Shown here one piece after another: positions 8,568-19,664 of a stretch of 32,000 nucleotides of DNA (positions within the stretch are counted from its first letter, which is position 1; every line of letters starts with the position of its first letter). The DNA is from Methylorubrum extorquens (GTDB lineage: Bacteria; Pseudomonadota; Alphaproteobacteria; Rhizobiales; Beijerinckiaceae). The notes beneath the pieces are model-generated. The model was not told the origin of the DNA and ran no database searches. It worked only from the letters and a program-made list of their open reading frames with translations. The position numbers and the translations under genes are program-made. The stretch spans positions 4,290,001-4,322,000 of the forward strand of contig LT962688.1 of NCBI GenBank assembly GCA_900234795.1. The letters run 5' to 3'.

Positions 8568-11500
8568 ATGACCGACTCACTCCCGTTCCTGGCCGGCGGC
8601 GGCGAGGCCGCCCGCATGATCGCCGAGCGCGACTGGTCGGATCATCCCCTCGGGCCCCCGCAGACCTGGCCGGAATCGCTGCGCACCGCGCTCAGCCTCG
8701 TGCTGAACTCGCCCGAGAGCATGATCCTGGCCTGGGGGCCGGAGCTGCACTTCTTCTTCAACGACACCTACTTCCCGCTGCTGGGACCCCGTCTCCCCTG
8801 GGCCATGGGCGAGCGCTTCGACCGGGTCTGGGCCGATGCCTGGGATCAGGCCAAGCCGATCATCGACGACGCCTTCGCCGGCAAGAGCCGCCGCTTCGAG
8901 GATCTGCCCTGGACGCTGGCCACCGACCGGGGCGAGGCGCAGACGTGGTGGAGCTTCTCCTACTCGCGGGTGCTCGACGGGGAGGGCCGCATCGCCGGCC
9001 TGTTCGTCTTCACCAACGAGACGACGAAGCGCATCCGCATGGAGGCGCTCCAGCGGGAGAGCGAGGCAGCCCTGCGCCGCAGCGAATCCTTCCTGGCGGC
9101 GACCCTCCAGGGGCTGCCGGTCGGCGTGATCATCGCCGACGCGGAAGGGCGGATCGTCCACGACAACGTCGCCAACCGCGAGATCTGGGGGATGCCGCCG
9201 CAGACCGTGAATTGGGAAAGCTACGGCGACTGGGTCGGCTACTGGCCGGAGACGGGCGAGCGCCTGCGCGCCGAGGAATGGGGCATGGCCCGCGCCCTGC
9301 TGCACGGCGAGACCGTGCGCGGCGAACTCGTCGAGATTGAGCGCTTCGACGGCGGCGGGCGGCGCCTGTTCCTGAACAACGCCGCACCGATCCGCGATCG
9401 CGCGGGCGCCATCGTCGGCGGCGTGGTGGCCGAACTCGACGTGACCGAGCGGATCGAGGTCGAGCGGCGGCTGCGAGAGAGAGCGAGGCGCTCGCCCGCG
9501 TCAACGCCGAGCGGGTCCAGCTCGCGCTCTCCGCCGGCGCGATCGTCGGCACGTGGTTCTGGGATCTGCCCAGCGACCGCTTCACCGTGGACGAGGGGTT
9601 CGCCCGCGCCTTCGGCCTCGATTCGGCGCTCGGCCGCGAGGGCCTGAGCCTCGCCCAGGTGGTCGAGACGGTCCATCCCGACGACAAGGCCGGGCTGGCG
9701 AAAGCGATCGGCGAGGCCATTGCCCGCGGCGGCGCCTACGCCCACCAGTACCGGGTGCGGCGGGCGGACGGGCGCTATTACTGGATCGAGGCCAACGGCC
9801 GGGTCGATCATGCGCCCGACGCCACGCCGCTCAGCTTTCCCGGCGTGCTCATCGACGTGGAGGAGCGTCGCGCCGTCGCGGCCGAGCGCGACCGGGCCAC
9901 CGCGCTCCTGCGCGAGAAGGCGGTCGAGTTCGAGACGCTGGCCGACAACATCCCGGCCCTGTGCTGGATGGCCCGGGCCGACGGCCACATCTACTGGTAC
10001 AATCGGCGCTGGTACGACTACACCGGCACCGATGCCGAGAGCATGCAGGGCTGGGGCTGGAAGGCGGTGCACGATCCCGCCGCGCTGCCCGGCGTGACCG
10101 AGCGCTGGCAGCACTCCATCGCCACCGGCGAGCGCTTCGACATGACCTTCCCCGCTGCGCGGCCGGGACGGCACGTTCAGCCCCTTCCTGACCCGCATCG
10201 TGCCGATCCGCGACGAGACCGGCACCGTCGTGCGCTGGTTCGGCACCAACACCGACATCACCGATCTGCGTGCGGTCCAGGATGCCCTGCACCGGCTCAA
10301 CGAGACCCTGGAGGAGCAGGTCGCCGCTCGCACCGCCGAGCGCGATCAGATCTGGCAGGCGTCGAGCGACCTTCTGGCCGTGGCCGATTTCGAGGGCCGC
10401 TTCGTCAGCCTCAACCCGGCCTGGAGCGCCACGCTGGGCTGGAGCGAGGCCGAGTTGAAGGCGGTCCCCTTCCTCGACTTCGTCCACCCGGAGGACCGGG
10501 AATTGACGCTCGCGGCCGCCGCCAGCCTCGCCCGCGGCGAGATGCAGCTCGGTTTCGAGAACCGCTACCGGACCCGCGACGGGGATTACCGCTGGTTCTC
10601 CTGGAACACCGTGCCGCGCCAGGGGCTCATCTACGCCTCGGTGCGCGACGTCACCGCGATCAAGGGGCAGGCCCGCGCCCTGGCCGAGGCCGAGGAGGCC
10701 CTGCGCCAGTCGCAGAAGATGGAGGCGGTGGGCCAGCTCACCGGTGGCCTCGCCCACGACTTCAACAACTTGCTCGCCGGCATCTCGGGCAGCCTGGAGC
10801 TGATGCAGACCCGCATCAGCCAGGGCCGGCTCAAGGATGTCGACCGCTACATGGGCGCCGCCCAAGGCGCGGCCAAGCGCGCTGCCGCGCTGACCCACCG
10901 CCTGCTCGCCTTCTCCCGCCGCCAGACGCTGGACCCGCGGCCCACCGACGTGAACCGGCTGGTGATGGGCATGGAGGATCTGATCCGGCGCACGGTCGGT
11001 CCCACCATCACCATCGAGGTGGTGGGGGCGGCCGGGCTCTGGCCCTCCCTCGTCGATCCGCCGCAGCTCGAGAATGCGCTGCTCAACCTCTGCATCAACG
11101 CCCGCGACGCGATGCCCGAGGGCGGGCGCATCACCATCGAGACCGCCAACAAGTGGCTCGATGCCCATGCCGCGCACCAGCACGACGTTCCGCCGGGCCA
11201 GTACCTCTCGCTGTGCGTGACCGATACCGGCACCGGCATGAGCCCGGACGTGCGGGCCAAGGCGTTCGACCCGTTCTTCACGACCAAGCCCACCGGCCAG
11301 GGCACGGGTCTCGGCCTGTCGATGATCTACGGCTTCGCCAAGCAGACGGGCGGGCAGGTGCGGATCTATTCCGAACTCGGCCAGGGCACGACGGTCTGCA
11401 TCTACCTGCCCCGCTTCCACGGCGAGGCGGAGGATCTCGATTCGCTCGGCCCCCTGGTCGATGCGCCGAGTGCCGAGCAGGGTGAGACGGTGCTCGTGGT

Positions 11501-11849
11501 CGATGACGAACCGACCGTGCGGATGCTGGTGACGGAGGTGCTGGAAGACCTCGGCTATACCGCGATCGAGGCTGCCGACAGCGCCGGCGGCCTCAAGGTG
11601 CTGCAATCGGACGTGCGCATCGACCTGCTCATCTCCGATGTCGGGCTGCCCGGCGGCATGAACGGCCGCCAGATGGCCGATGCGGGCCGTCTCTCGCGCC
11701 CCGGTCTCAAGGTGCTGTTCATCACCGGCTATGCCGAGAACGCGGCGGTGGGCAACGGCCATCTGGAGCCCGGCATGGCGGTGCTGACCAAGCCGTTCGT
11801 GGTCGAGACCCTGGGCCTGCGCATCCGCGAGATCATCGCGCGGGGGTAG
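8568..11849 (+). pseudogene. PAS/PAC-rich hybrid sensor histidine kinase with C-terminal receiver; disrupted as sequenced by two compensating frameshifts
   Basis: The protein is recovered from three track ORFs (8535.., 9587.., 10200..). It has multiple PAS modules (..YRVRRADGRYYWIEANG.., ..NRYRTRDGDYRWFSWNT..), a HisKA H-box (GGLAHDFNNLL), HATPase N/G boxes (NLCINARDAM, DTGTGM, GTGLGLS) and a REC domain (VLVVDDEPTVR..LLISDVGLPG..TKPF). The frame switches at (GA)4 9475-9482 and at C4 10150-10153. Confidence 0.85.
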
Positions 11850-11883
11850 TAAGGGGGAGTGGCCGGGGCTCCCAGTCGCCGCG

Positions 11884-13965
11884 TCAGGCCCGGATCGAGC
11901 CGACGAAGTGCTGGACGGAACTCCGGAGCTCGGTGGATTGCCCGTTCAGCGCGATGGCGTCCTGCAGCACCCGATCCGCCGCACGCCCCGTGGCGCTGGA
12001 GGCGCCGATGACGGATTCGATCTCGCCGGTGGCCAGGCGCATGCCGTGCGAGGCGGCCGAGATGTTGTGGGCGATCTCCTGGGTCGCGGTCGATTGCTCG
12101 TCGATGGCATAGGCGATCGCGTCCGCCATGCCGGTGGCGCGCTGGATCGCCTGCGTGATGTTGCCGATGGCCTGCACCGTCTGCTCCGTGGCCACGCGGA
12201 CCGAGCCGATATGCGCCGCGATCTCGTCGGTGGCCCGGGCCGACTGACCCGCCAGCGCCTTCACCTCGGCGGCGACGACGGCGAAACCCTTGCCGGCGGC
12301 GCCGGCGCGGGCGGCCTCGATCGTGGCGTTGAGCGCCAGCAGGTTCGTCTGCTCCGCCACGCCGCGGATGAGGCCGAGCACTTCGCTGATCCGCGCGGCG
12401 GCGGCGCCGAGATCGGCGACCTTGGCTTCCGTCGAGGCGGCTTCCTGAGCGGCCTCCGAGGCTGCCGCGGACGACCCCCGCGCCTGCTGACGGATCTGAT
12501 CGATCGAAGCGGACAGCTCCTCCGCGGCCGCGGCCACGGCCTCGATGTTCTGCGAGGCCGAGCGGGAGAGCCGTGCGGCCTCCGCCGAACGCAGGTCGGC
12601 TTCCCGGGCCGTGCCGGCCAGGTTCGTGGCCTGCGCCTCGAACGAGCCCGCCGCCGTCGCGACCTGGCCGACGATGCCGCCGACCGAACTGCCGAACTGG
12701 TCCGCGGTCCGCTCTAGGCTCTGGCGCCGCTCCACCTCGGCGGATTGCCGCAGGCCCTCTCGCTCTCCTCTCAGCCGCTCCGCCTCGGCGCCGTGCGCCT
12801 TCAGGACATCCACCGCGCGGGCGATTTCGCCGATCTCGTCGCGGCGGTCCGTTCCGGGCACCTCGACGTCCCGTGTGCCCTCCACGAGCTGCGTGATGGT
12901 CCGCGCCAGCGAGGCCAGCGGCTGCACGACGCGGCGGGTGAAGAAGACCACGATGCCGAAGGTGAACAGGATGACGAGGAGCAGGGTCGCCCCCGCCACG
13001 GCGAGGCGCTGCAGCGCCGAGGCGATCGTCTCGTCGGCGGTGGCGAGGGCCGATTGCAGGGCGGCGTCCCTGACGCTGAGGATCGACTGGAGCATTTTGG
13101 TGGTGTGGGGCCGCCATTCCGTGAGGGTCATCGGCGGCTCGGTCCCATCCCGGCCGGCCGCGAACATCCCCGCCACCACCTGTCCCGGATCGGCGATGAA
13201 GTTGCGCTCGACCATCGTGAGGGCATCGACCAGAGGGCCTTGCGTCTCGACCTGCATCACGCTGCGCTGCAGCCGCTGCCAAGCCTGCTCGATCCGGCCG
13301 TTCATCTCGTGGATCTGCACGGTCAGGGCCGGAGAGAAGCGCTGCTTGGCGCCCGCATACTGACTGAACCAGATCGAGCGGCTGCCGCCGATGTCGCGCA
13401 GCTCCATCGCGAGGCTGACGACCGGCACCGAGCGGGCGACCTCGGGATTCTCCCGGGTGATGTCGATCTCGATCATGCCGAGCGTCTTCGCGTTCTGGGC
13501 GACGACCGCGATGATCGCCTTCTGGAACGACTTGGCGGCCTGCTCGTCGCGCTCCTTGAGCGGCTTGGCGATCTCGCTATCCGCCGCCGCACGCGCGCCC
13601 TCGAGTTGGCGGATCGTCGGCTGCAGGGCTTGATCGAGCACGGCCCGCTTGTCGGCGGGCAGGGCCGCGACGGCGCCCGTGATCCGGCCGGCGACGGCCT
13701 CGGTCGCCTTGCGGTTCGCCTCCGCCGAGGCCCGGATCGGCGCCTGCTCGGCGCTGTCCGAGAGCAGAAGCTGGTTGTAGGAGCCGCGTTCGAGGGCGAG
13801 GCGCTCGTTGAAGCGGGCGATCTCGCCCAGGACCCCGACGAGCTGACGTGCCTCGTCGGCCTGCGACCAGCGCTGCCATTCCTGCCAAGCGATGAAAGAG
13901 CTCGAACCCGCGGTCACGAGTCCGACAGTGGCCATGCACGAAACGAAGAGATTCCGGACGCGCAT
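11884..13965 (-). CDS. Methyl-accepting chemotaxis protein
   Basis: Intact 693-aa ORF with an N-terminal TM, a periplasmic-type sensor region, a second TM and a HAMP domain. The highly conserved signalling hairpin is present (..[35 protein letters not shown]..). Confidence 0.9.
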   Translation of the reverse strand: MRVRNLFVSCMATVGLVTAGSSSFIAWQEWQRWSQADEARQLVGVLGEIARFNERLALERGSYNQLLLSDSAEQAPIRASAEANRKATEAVAGRITGAVAALPADKRAVLDQALQPTIRQLEGARAAADSEIAKPLKERDEQAAKSFQKAIIAVVAQNAKTLGMIEIDITRENPEVARSVPVVSLAMELRDIGGSRSIWFSQYAGAKQRFSPALTVQIHEMNGRIEQAWQRLQRSVMQVETQGPLVDALTMVERNFIADPGQVVAGMFAAGRDGTEPPMTLTEWRPHTTKMLQSILSVRDAALQSALATADETIASALQRLAVAGATLLLVILFTFGIVVFFTRRVVQPLASLARTITQLVEGTRDVEVPGTDRRDEIGEIARAVDVLKAHGAEAERLRGEREGLRQSAEVERRQSLERTADQFGSSVGGIVGQVATAAGSFEAQATNLAGTAREADLRSAEAARLSRSASQNIEAVAAAAEELSASIDQIRQQARGSSAAASEAAQEAASTEAKVADLGAAAARISEVLGLIRGVAEQTNLLALNATIEAARAGAAGKGFAVVAAEVKALAGQSARATDEIAAHIGSVRVATEQTVQAIGNITQAIQRATGMADAIAYAIDEQSTATQEIAHNISAASHGMRLATGEIESVIGASSATGRAADRVLQDAIALNGQSTELRSSVQHFVGSIRA

Positions 13966-14259
13966 CGGCCCCCCAGTTGTTTTTTCGAAATTTTCGCCAC
14001 GTCGGCGCTGGGGCGATTACGCTATGATATTTGTGAACGATCGGTTGACCGGGAATCGAACTGGGTAACGCCGGTTGTTGCACGTTTGCGTGAATTTCGG
14101 AGTCTGGGTTCACGTGTCTTTCCGGAGACGCTGACCGGCGCGGGTCAGTTCGCGGCCCGCTCGGCCGAGAACGCTACCGTCGGCGTCGGATCTTCGAAGC
14201 TTGGCTCGGCGGTGACGACTTGGACGTTGCGCTCGCAACCCAGATGCCGGCCGGCCGCC

Positions 14260-15145
14260 TCAAGCTTCCAGCCGCCCGAAGAACGCCGCGATCGCCGCCG
14301 CTGCCTCTTCGGGGCGTTCCCGATGCGGAAAGTGCCCGGCACCCTCGAACGGGGCGAGATCGAGATTCGAGAAGGTCTCGCCGAGCCGGTCGGTCCAGGC
14401 GTAGGGGAAGAGCGGATCCTGCGTGCCCCAGCGGATACAGGTCGGCACGCGGATCGGCGGCAGGGCCGGCGCCTCGCCCCGCACCATGGCGAGCCGTCCC
14501 GCCTGCCGGCTCAGGTACCAGTTGAAGCCGCCCTGCAGGTTGCCCGGGACCAGGAAGTTGTCGGTGAAGGCATCGAGCACCGCGTCGAAGGCGGATGGAT
14601 TCCCGCCGGCCCAGTGGCGCAGGAAATGGCCGATATAGGCGCGGCAGCTCTCGCGGCTGGCGCCGACCACCTCTGCGGCGAACGGCTTGAGGTGGAAGGA
14701 CTGGTACCAGATCTCGGCCAGCATCTCCGGTTGGGCCAGACGCGGGCCGATGCCGGGATAGGGGCAATCGAAGAAGAACAGGCCGGTGAGCCGGTCCGGA
14801 TGCGAGCGCCCGAGGGCTTGCCCGACAGAGGCGCCGACATCGTGCCCGACGATCCCGACACGCGCGAGGCCGAGGGCATCGAGTAGGCCGACGATGTCGG
14901 CGGCGTGGACCTCCGGACCGGCCTTGTCCGAGGGGGCCGTGATCGGGCTTCTCGCTGGCGCCGAAGCCGCGCAGGTCCGGCGCGATCAGGCTGAAGCGGT
15001 CGGCGAGCCGGGCCATCACCGGCTCCCAGGTCAGCCAGAATTCCGGCCAGCCGTGCAGCAGCACCAGGGGGCTGCCGGTTCCGGCCCGGGCGACGTGCAG
15101 CTGCACGCCGTTGCCCGTCACCGTGTCGTGCCGGATCTCCACCAT
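14260..15145 (-). pseudogene. Alpha/beta hydrolase (epoxide-hydrolase/haloalkane-dehalogenase-like fold); single frameshift as sequenced
   Basis: The N-terminus [59 protein letters not shown] then leaves frame. Removing one base of the G5 run at 14932-14936 continues it as [45 protein letters not shown], joining track ORF 14260..14724. Confidence 0.8.
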
Positions 15146-15355
15146 GCTCAGCCGTCCCTCTTCCTGTCGTGCCGCCTGCGAAGCCTTCCGCGGGCAACGC
15201 GGCGGCCCCGCCGGTCCGTTCCGCAGCGCGCCGTCATAGGCCCGTGCCGTGAGGCCTCGTCGGACCAATCCGGAACGGGGCCGGCTTGACCGGGCAAGCT
15301 GGACCGTTTCAATGCGTCCATTCCTGCCGGTCGCGGGAGAGAGAGATGGCACCGT

Positions 15356-15814
15356 ATGAGGCGGCAGATGGCGACGACGGTTCGGTGGCTCGCGCTCCCG
15401 CTCGTGCTGGGCGGCAGCCTCGCCGTCTCGGGCTGCACCGGCTTCGGCTACATCTCGCAGACCTACGTCAGCCAGGTGCCGCAGGTCGTCACGATCGGCT
15501 GTAACGAGCCCTACGAGGTCTACGACAACCGCCAGCGCCGCCGGGTTCTGGTGGTCTCGAACGCCCTGCGCGAGGTGACGGGCTGCGATGTGGGCCGGGT
15601 CGGCAACGGGCGTCCGCCGGCCGAGACACGGGCCGCACGCTTCCGCACGGCGGCACGCACCTATCTCGACGAGACCGTGCGCGAGGATTGCAAGATCACC
15701 GGCGAGACCGTGTTCAGCGATCTGCAGACCGAGTTCGCCTATGCCTGCGACGCGCCGGTGGAGCCGCGCGGCACGGCGGTGCCGCGGCTGCCCGGACGGC
15801 GCAACCAGCGCTGA
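15356..15814 (+). CDS. Hypothetical lipoprotein (Cys-rich)
   Basis: Signal peptide with lipobox LAVSG|C. There is strong third-position GC bias through the whole ORF, a GGGAGAGAGAG purine tract upstream, and five further Cys residues in the mature part. I recognise no family. Confidence 0.65.
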   Translation: MRRQMATTVRWLALPLVLGGSLAVSGCTGFGYISQTYVSQVPQVVTIGCNEPYEVYDNRQRRRVLVVSNALREVTGCDVGRVGNGRPPAETRAARFRTAARTYLDETVREDCKITGETVFSDLQTEFAYACDAPVEPRGTAVPRLPGRRNQR

Positions 15815-15838
15815 TCGGGGGCGCGATCGGGCCCGCCT

Positions 15839-16120
15839 TCAGGTTTCGTGCTCGGCTTCTTGCGGACTGACGAAGGTCCGCTCCGTCGCATCGCCCGCCG
15901 CGGCGAGCAGCGCCCGAGCGAAGGCCCGCGCCTCGGCGCGGTCGAGGCTGAGGATCGCGGTGACGGGGCGGCCGCCGAGATCGGGCAGTCCCAGTTCGAG
16001 GCGCACGCCCTCGCCCTCCGGCGTGGCGGACAAGCTCCAGCCGCGCTCACCGCTCGGTGCGTTGCCCGTTCCCTCGCCTGATCCACTGCCCATTCCAACG
16101 CCCTTGCCGGGCTCGTTCAT
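15839..16120 (-). CDS. Small hypothetical protein (93 aa, Gly-rich N-terminus)
   Basis: ATG at 16120 is preceded by GGAAGGA, and codon bias is good. It forms the C-terminal part of track ORF 15839..16912, whose upstream part is antisense to the fae-like gene and implausible. I recognise no family. Confidence 0.4.
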   Translation of the reverse strand: MNEPGKGVGMGSGSGEGTGNAPSGERGWSLSATPEGEGVRLELGLPDLGGRPVTAILSLDRAEARAFARALLAAAGDATERTFVSPQEAEHET

Positions 16121-16291
16121 CGAATCGATCCTTCCGGTCCTTGCCGAGCCTGACATGGAGGGTTTCGCCGCCTCAGACCAGGGGCGCGGCGCGGGCGGGC
16201 GGCTCGGCGAAGACGATTGACGCGCGCGGCCGGGGATGATGTCTGCGCGCCGACCGCCCGCCGGGCGCGACACCACACGACAACGTAAGGG

Positions 16292-16840
16292 ATGACCGAC
16301 ATGTCCGAGATCTGGTTCCGCACCGGCGAGGCGACCGTGCTCGCGGCCGAAGGGCAGTTCACCGACGCGATGCCGGAGGTGCTGATCGGCTCCACCCGCG
16401 GCCCCGTGGGCCACGGTTTCGCAAGCATGCTGGGGCAGGTCCAGGGCCATACCCGCATGTTCGTGGTGCGCGACCTCAACCAGCTCGTGCGCCCCTCCAC
16501 GATCATGACCACCAAGGTCACGATCCACACCGCCGAATATGCCGAGCTGCTGGGCGGTGTGGTTCAGGCGGCCACGGCTGACGCCATCGTCGATTGCGTG
16601 ATCGAGAGCATCCTGCCGAAGGACGGCCTCGACGAACTCTGCATGATCATCACGATCTGGCTCGACGAGCGCTGCGGCACGGACGAGAACCTCGACCGCA
16701 AGGATCTCTACCGCACCAATTACGAGGCGACGAAGCTCGCCATCGCCCGCGCCATGAAGGGCGAGCCGACGATCGACGAGCTGATCGCCAACCGCAAGAC
16801 GGTGAAGCACTACGCGCTTGAAGACATCATCGAGTATTGA
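16292..16840 (+). CDS. Formaldehyde-activating enzyme (Fae) family paralogue
   Basis: The block ..LYRTNYEATKLAIARAMKGEPTIDEL.. and the N-terminal GEA.V...G......EVLIGS pattern correspond to conserved blocks of Methylobacterium Fae as I recall them. The size (about 180 aa) fits. ATG 16301 is an alternative start with better spacing to the AAGGGA Shine-Dalgarno. Confidence 0.75.
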   Translation: MTDMSEIWFRTGEATVLAAEGQFTDAMPEVLIGSTRGPVGHGFASMLGQVQGHTRMFVVRDLNQLVRPSTIMTTKVTIHTAEYAELLGGVVQAATADAIVDCVIESILPKDGLDELCMIITIWLDERCGTDENLDRKDLYRTNYEATKLAIARAMKGEPTIDELIANRKTVKHYALEDIIEY

Positions 16841-16953
16841 TTTTTCGCACGCGACGGGACGCAGCTTAGGCCGCGCCCCGGTCGATGGGCTTCGGTCGCT
16901 CGGTCCGATCATCCCGCGGTTTTGGGAGGGTCGGACCGCCTCACGCGAGAAGA

Positions 16954-18495
16954 CTACTTCTTGGCGACGTAGGGGGCGATCATCTTGCGCGGATCGACGA
17001 TCCGGTCGTAGTCGGCCTCGGAGACGTAGCCGAGCTTGAGCGCCGCCTCCCGCAGGCTGAGATCCTCCTCGTGCGCGAGGTGAGCGATCTTCGACGCCTT
17101 GTCGTAGCCAATCGTCGGGGCCAAAGCCGTCACCAGCATGAGCGAGCGATCGACGTAGTCCTTGATCCGCTTGTGATTGGGCTTCGTGCCCTCGATGAGG
17201 TGCTTGCGGAAGTTGCGGCTGCCGTCGCTCAGCAGCCGGATCGACTGCAGGACGTCGTAGATCATCACCGGCTTGTAGACGTTCATTTCAAGCGAGCCGC
17301 TGGCGCCGCCGAACCCGGTGCTGACGTCGTTGCCCATCACCTGAAGGGTGACCATCGTCAGCGCCTCGACCTGGGTCGGATTCGTCTTGCCCGGCATGAT
17401 CGAGGAGCCCGGCTCGTTCTCCGGAATGATCAGCTCGGCCAGGCCCGCCCGCGGACCGCAGGACAGCAGCCGGATGTCGTTGGCGATCTTGTAGAGCGAG
17501 CCGGCCAGCGTCCGCAGCGTGCCGGACAGGTGGACGATGGCGTCGTGCGCGCCTTGGACCACGAACTTGTTGGGCGCCGTGACGAAGGGCAGGCCGGTCA
17601 GCCGCGCGATCTCCTTCGCGCTCGCCTCGGCAAAGCCCGGCTGCGCGTTGATGCCGGTGCCGACCGCGGTGCCGCCGAGGGCCAGGCGGTACACGCCCTT
17701 CAGCGCGTCGTCGAAGCGCTCCAGGTTGTCGCTCAGCATGCCCGAATAGCCCGACCATTCCTGCCCGAGCGTGATCGGGACGGCATCCTGCATATGGGTG
17801 CGCCCGATCTTGATGATGTCCTTCCACGCCTCCGCCTTCGCGGCGATGCTGTCCCGCAGCTCGGTGATGGAAGGCGCGAGCCGCTGCCGGACCGCGATCG
17901 CGGCGGCCATGTACATCGCCGTCGGGAAGGTGTCGTTCGACGACTGGGCCATGTTGACGTGGTCGTTGGGATGCACGGGATTCTTGCTCCCGAGCGGCTG
18001 ACCGGCGATTTGGCTGGACCGGTTCGCGATCACCTCGTTGACGTTCATGTTGAACTGCGTGCCGCTGCCCGTCATCCAGACGTGCAGCGGAAACATCTCC
18101 GCGTGCTGTCCGGCCAGGATCTCGTCGCAGACCTGAACGATGAGCTTGTGCTGCGTCTCGCCGAGGCGGCCATCCGCGAAGTTGACGTTGGCGGCGGCCT
18201 TTTTCAGGATCGCGTAGCTCGACACGAGCTCACGCGGCATCCGCTCGATCCCGATGTCGAAATTCTCGATCGACCTCTGCGTCTGGGCGCCCCACAGCTT
18301 GTCGCAGGGGATCTTCACCTCACCCATGCTGTCCTTCTCGACGCGGAAGCACTCGCCGCCATCCGTCGCAGGAATCCCGGCGGGCTGCACGCCGGCTTTG
18401 CCGGTCTCCGCGGCCGCCACCTTCGGGATTGTCGCACCGGCCGCCAAGCCGATCGACGTGAGCAGTCCGGTCTTGAGGATGTCCCTGCGCTCCAT
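16954..18495 (-). CDS. fumC: Class II fumarate hydratase (FumC-like) with an N-terminal twin-arginine signal peptide
   Basis: FumC-type blocks are present: [20 protein letters not shown], the fumarate-lyase signature [20 protein letters not shown], and QVMGNDV. The roughly 50-aa N-terminal extension is [30 protein letters not shown], which has an RR-x-I-L-K Tat motif, a mildly hydrophobic h-region and an AxA site. ATG at 18495 has an upstream AGAAAGGG. Confidence 0.85.
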   Translation of the reverse strand: MERRDILKTGLLTSIGLAAGATIPKVAAAETGKAGVQPAGIPATDGGECFRVEKDSMGEVKIPCDKLWGAQTQRSIENFDIGIERMPRELVSSYAILKKAAANVNFADGRLGETQHKLIVQVCDEILAGQHAEMFPLHVWMTGSGTQFNMNVNEVIANRSSQIAGQPLGSKNPVHPNDHVNMAQSSNDTFPTAMYMAAAIAVRQRLAPSITELRDSIAAKAEAWKDIIKIGRTHMQDAVPITLGQEWSGYSGMLSDNLERFDDALKGVYRLALGGTAVGTGINAQPGFAEASAKEIARLTGLPFVTAPNKFVVQGAHDAIVHLSGTLRTLAGSLYKIANDIRLLSCGPRAGLAELIIPENEPGSSIMPGKTNPTQVEALTMVTLQVMGNDVSTGFGGASGSLEMNVYKPVMIYDVLQSIRLLSDGSRNFRKHLIEGTKPNHKRIKDYVDRSLMLVTALAPTIGYDKASKIAHLAHEEDLSLREAALKLGYVSEADYDRIVDPRKMIAPYVAKK

Positions 18496-19061
18496 GGAGC
18501 CGTGCCCTTTCTTGCTCTCGCGACCGACGTGCCGAGGAGGACGGGCGATCGCGACCCGTCCGGCCGCGGCCCGCACGCGATCCTCCGGCGAGGCGCACGC
18601 GATCAATGATCCATCGTCCACGGGCAGGATGAGCCCGGCCGGGCGACGGCCGGGGCTGCATGCGTGGCGCAAGTCAGGCGATCAATTGTTATAACAGGGT
18701 AGGCCTGACACTTGGCCTGCCTTGTAGGACTCTCACACGATGCCTTGGCGGCTCACGGCAGATGAGTGCTGAGTTTCCAGGCTTAGGGTCGATCTTGTGC
18801 TGATATAATTCAATATCGCCAGGTCGGCATCGATCGTGCCGAATGGGCGTGTCTCTCAGGATACGCCCGCTGCGCCATCGCGCCCGGGGCCGAAACGGTC
18901 AGGGATCCGGCATTTCGTGACGCGGGCCCATATCGGACTTGGCCAGATCGGACTTGGCGGACATCACCGCGCGTCGTGCCCGAACTTCGGATGCTCTCAG
19001 TCCGGGGGAGAGCGCCGGCGACCGGAAGCGGCGCACCGATCCCTGGCCCTTGGGCCGGGCG

Positions 19062-19664
19062 TCAGAACTCGATCCCCTCCTGCGCCTTCACCCCCGCCGA
19101 AAAATGGTGCTTCACGCTGCCCATCTCGGTGACGAGGTCGGCGGCCTCGATCAGCGCCGGCTTGGCGTTGCGGCCGGTCACGACGACGTGGAGGTCGGGG
19201 CGCCGGGCGGCGAGGTCGGCGAGCACCGCGTCGAGTTCGAGGTAGTCGTAGCGCAGGGCGATGTTCAGCTCGTCGAGGACGAGCAGGCGGATGCTCTCGT
19301 CCGCCATCAGAGCGCGCGCGGTTTCCCAGGCGTTATGGCAGGCGGCGATGTCGCGGGCCTTGTCCTGCGTCTCCCAGGTGAAGCCCTCGCCGAGCGCCTG
19401 CCAGACGATCTGGTCGCCGAAGCTTTTGAGCGCACGGGCCTCGCCCGTGTCCCAGGCGCCCTTGATGAACTGCACCACGCCGACCCGGTGACCCCGCCCG
19501 AGCATGCGCAGCACGAGGCCGAGGGCGGCCGTCGTCTTGCCCTTGCCGGGGCCGGTATGGACGATCAGCAGGCCCTTCTCGATCTTCTTCGAGGCGACCT
19601 CGGCGTCCTGCACCGCCTTGCGCTTGGCCATCTTTTCGCGGTGGCGCGTGTCGTCTTCGGTCAT
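19062..19664 (-). CDS. cobO: Cob(I)yrinic acid a,c-diamide adenosyltransferase
   Basis: 200 aa with P-loop HTGPGKGKTTAALG, then VVQFIKG and LLVLDE..DLHVVVTGR, typical of CobO/BtuR. The start overlaps the cobP stop (TGATG). Confidence 0.9.
   Translation of the reverse strand: MTEDDTRHREKMAKRKAVQDAEVASKKIEKGLLIVHTGPGKGKTTAALGLVLRMLGRGHRVGVVQFIKGAWDTGEARALKSFGDQIVWQALGEGFTWETQDKARDIAACHNAWETARALMADESIRLLVLDELNIALRYDYLELDAVLADLAARRPDLHVVVTGRNAKPALIEAADLVTEMGSVKHHFSAGVKAQEGIEF

Noticed and set aside
11850-11883. The GGGAG..CTCCC hairpin between the convergent kinase and chemoreceptor genes as a bidirectional terminator.
   Set aside because: It has only a 5-bp stem and no flanking T/A tract, which is too weak to call.
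18836-19132. The 98-aa ORF (and 18939..20090) as a gene in the long fumC-cobO spacer.
   Set aside because: It has Arg/Pro/Ser-rich low-complexity composition and no Shine-Dalgarno sequence. It overlaps the cobO 3' end, and 18939..20090 is antisense to cobO and cobP.
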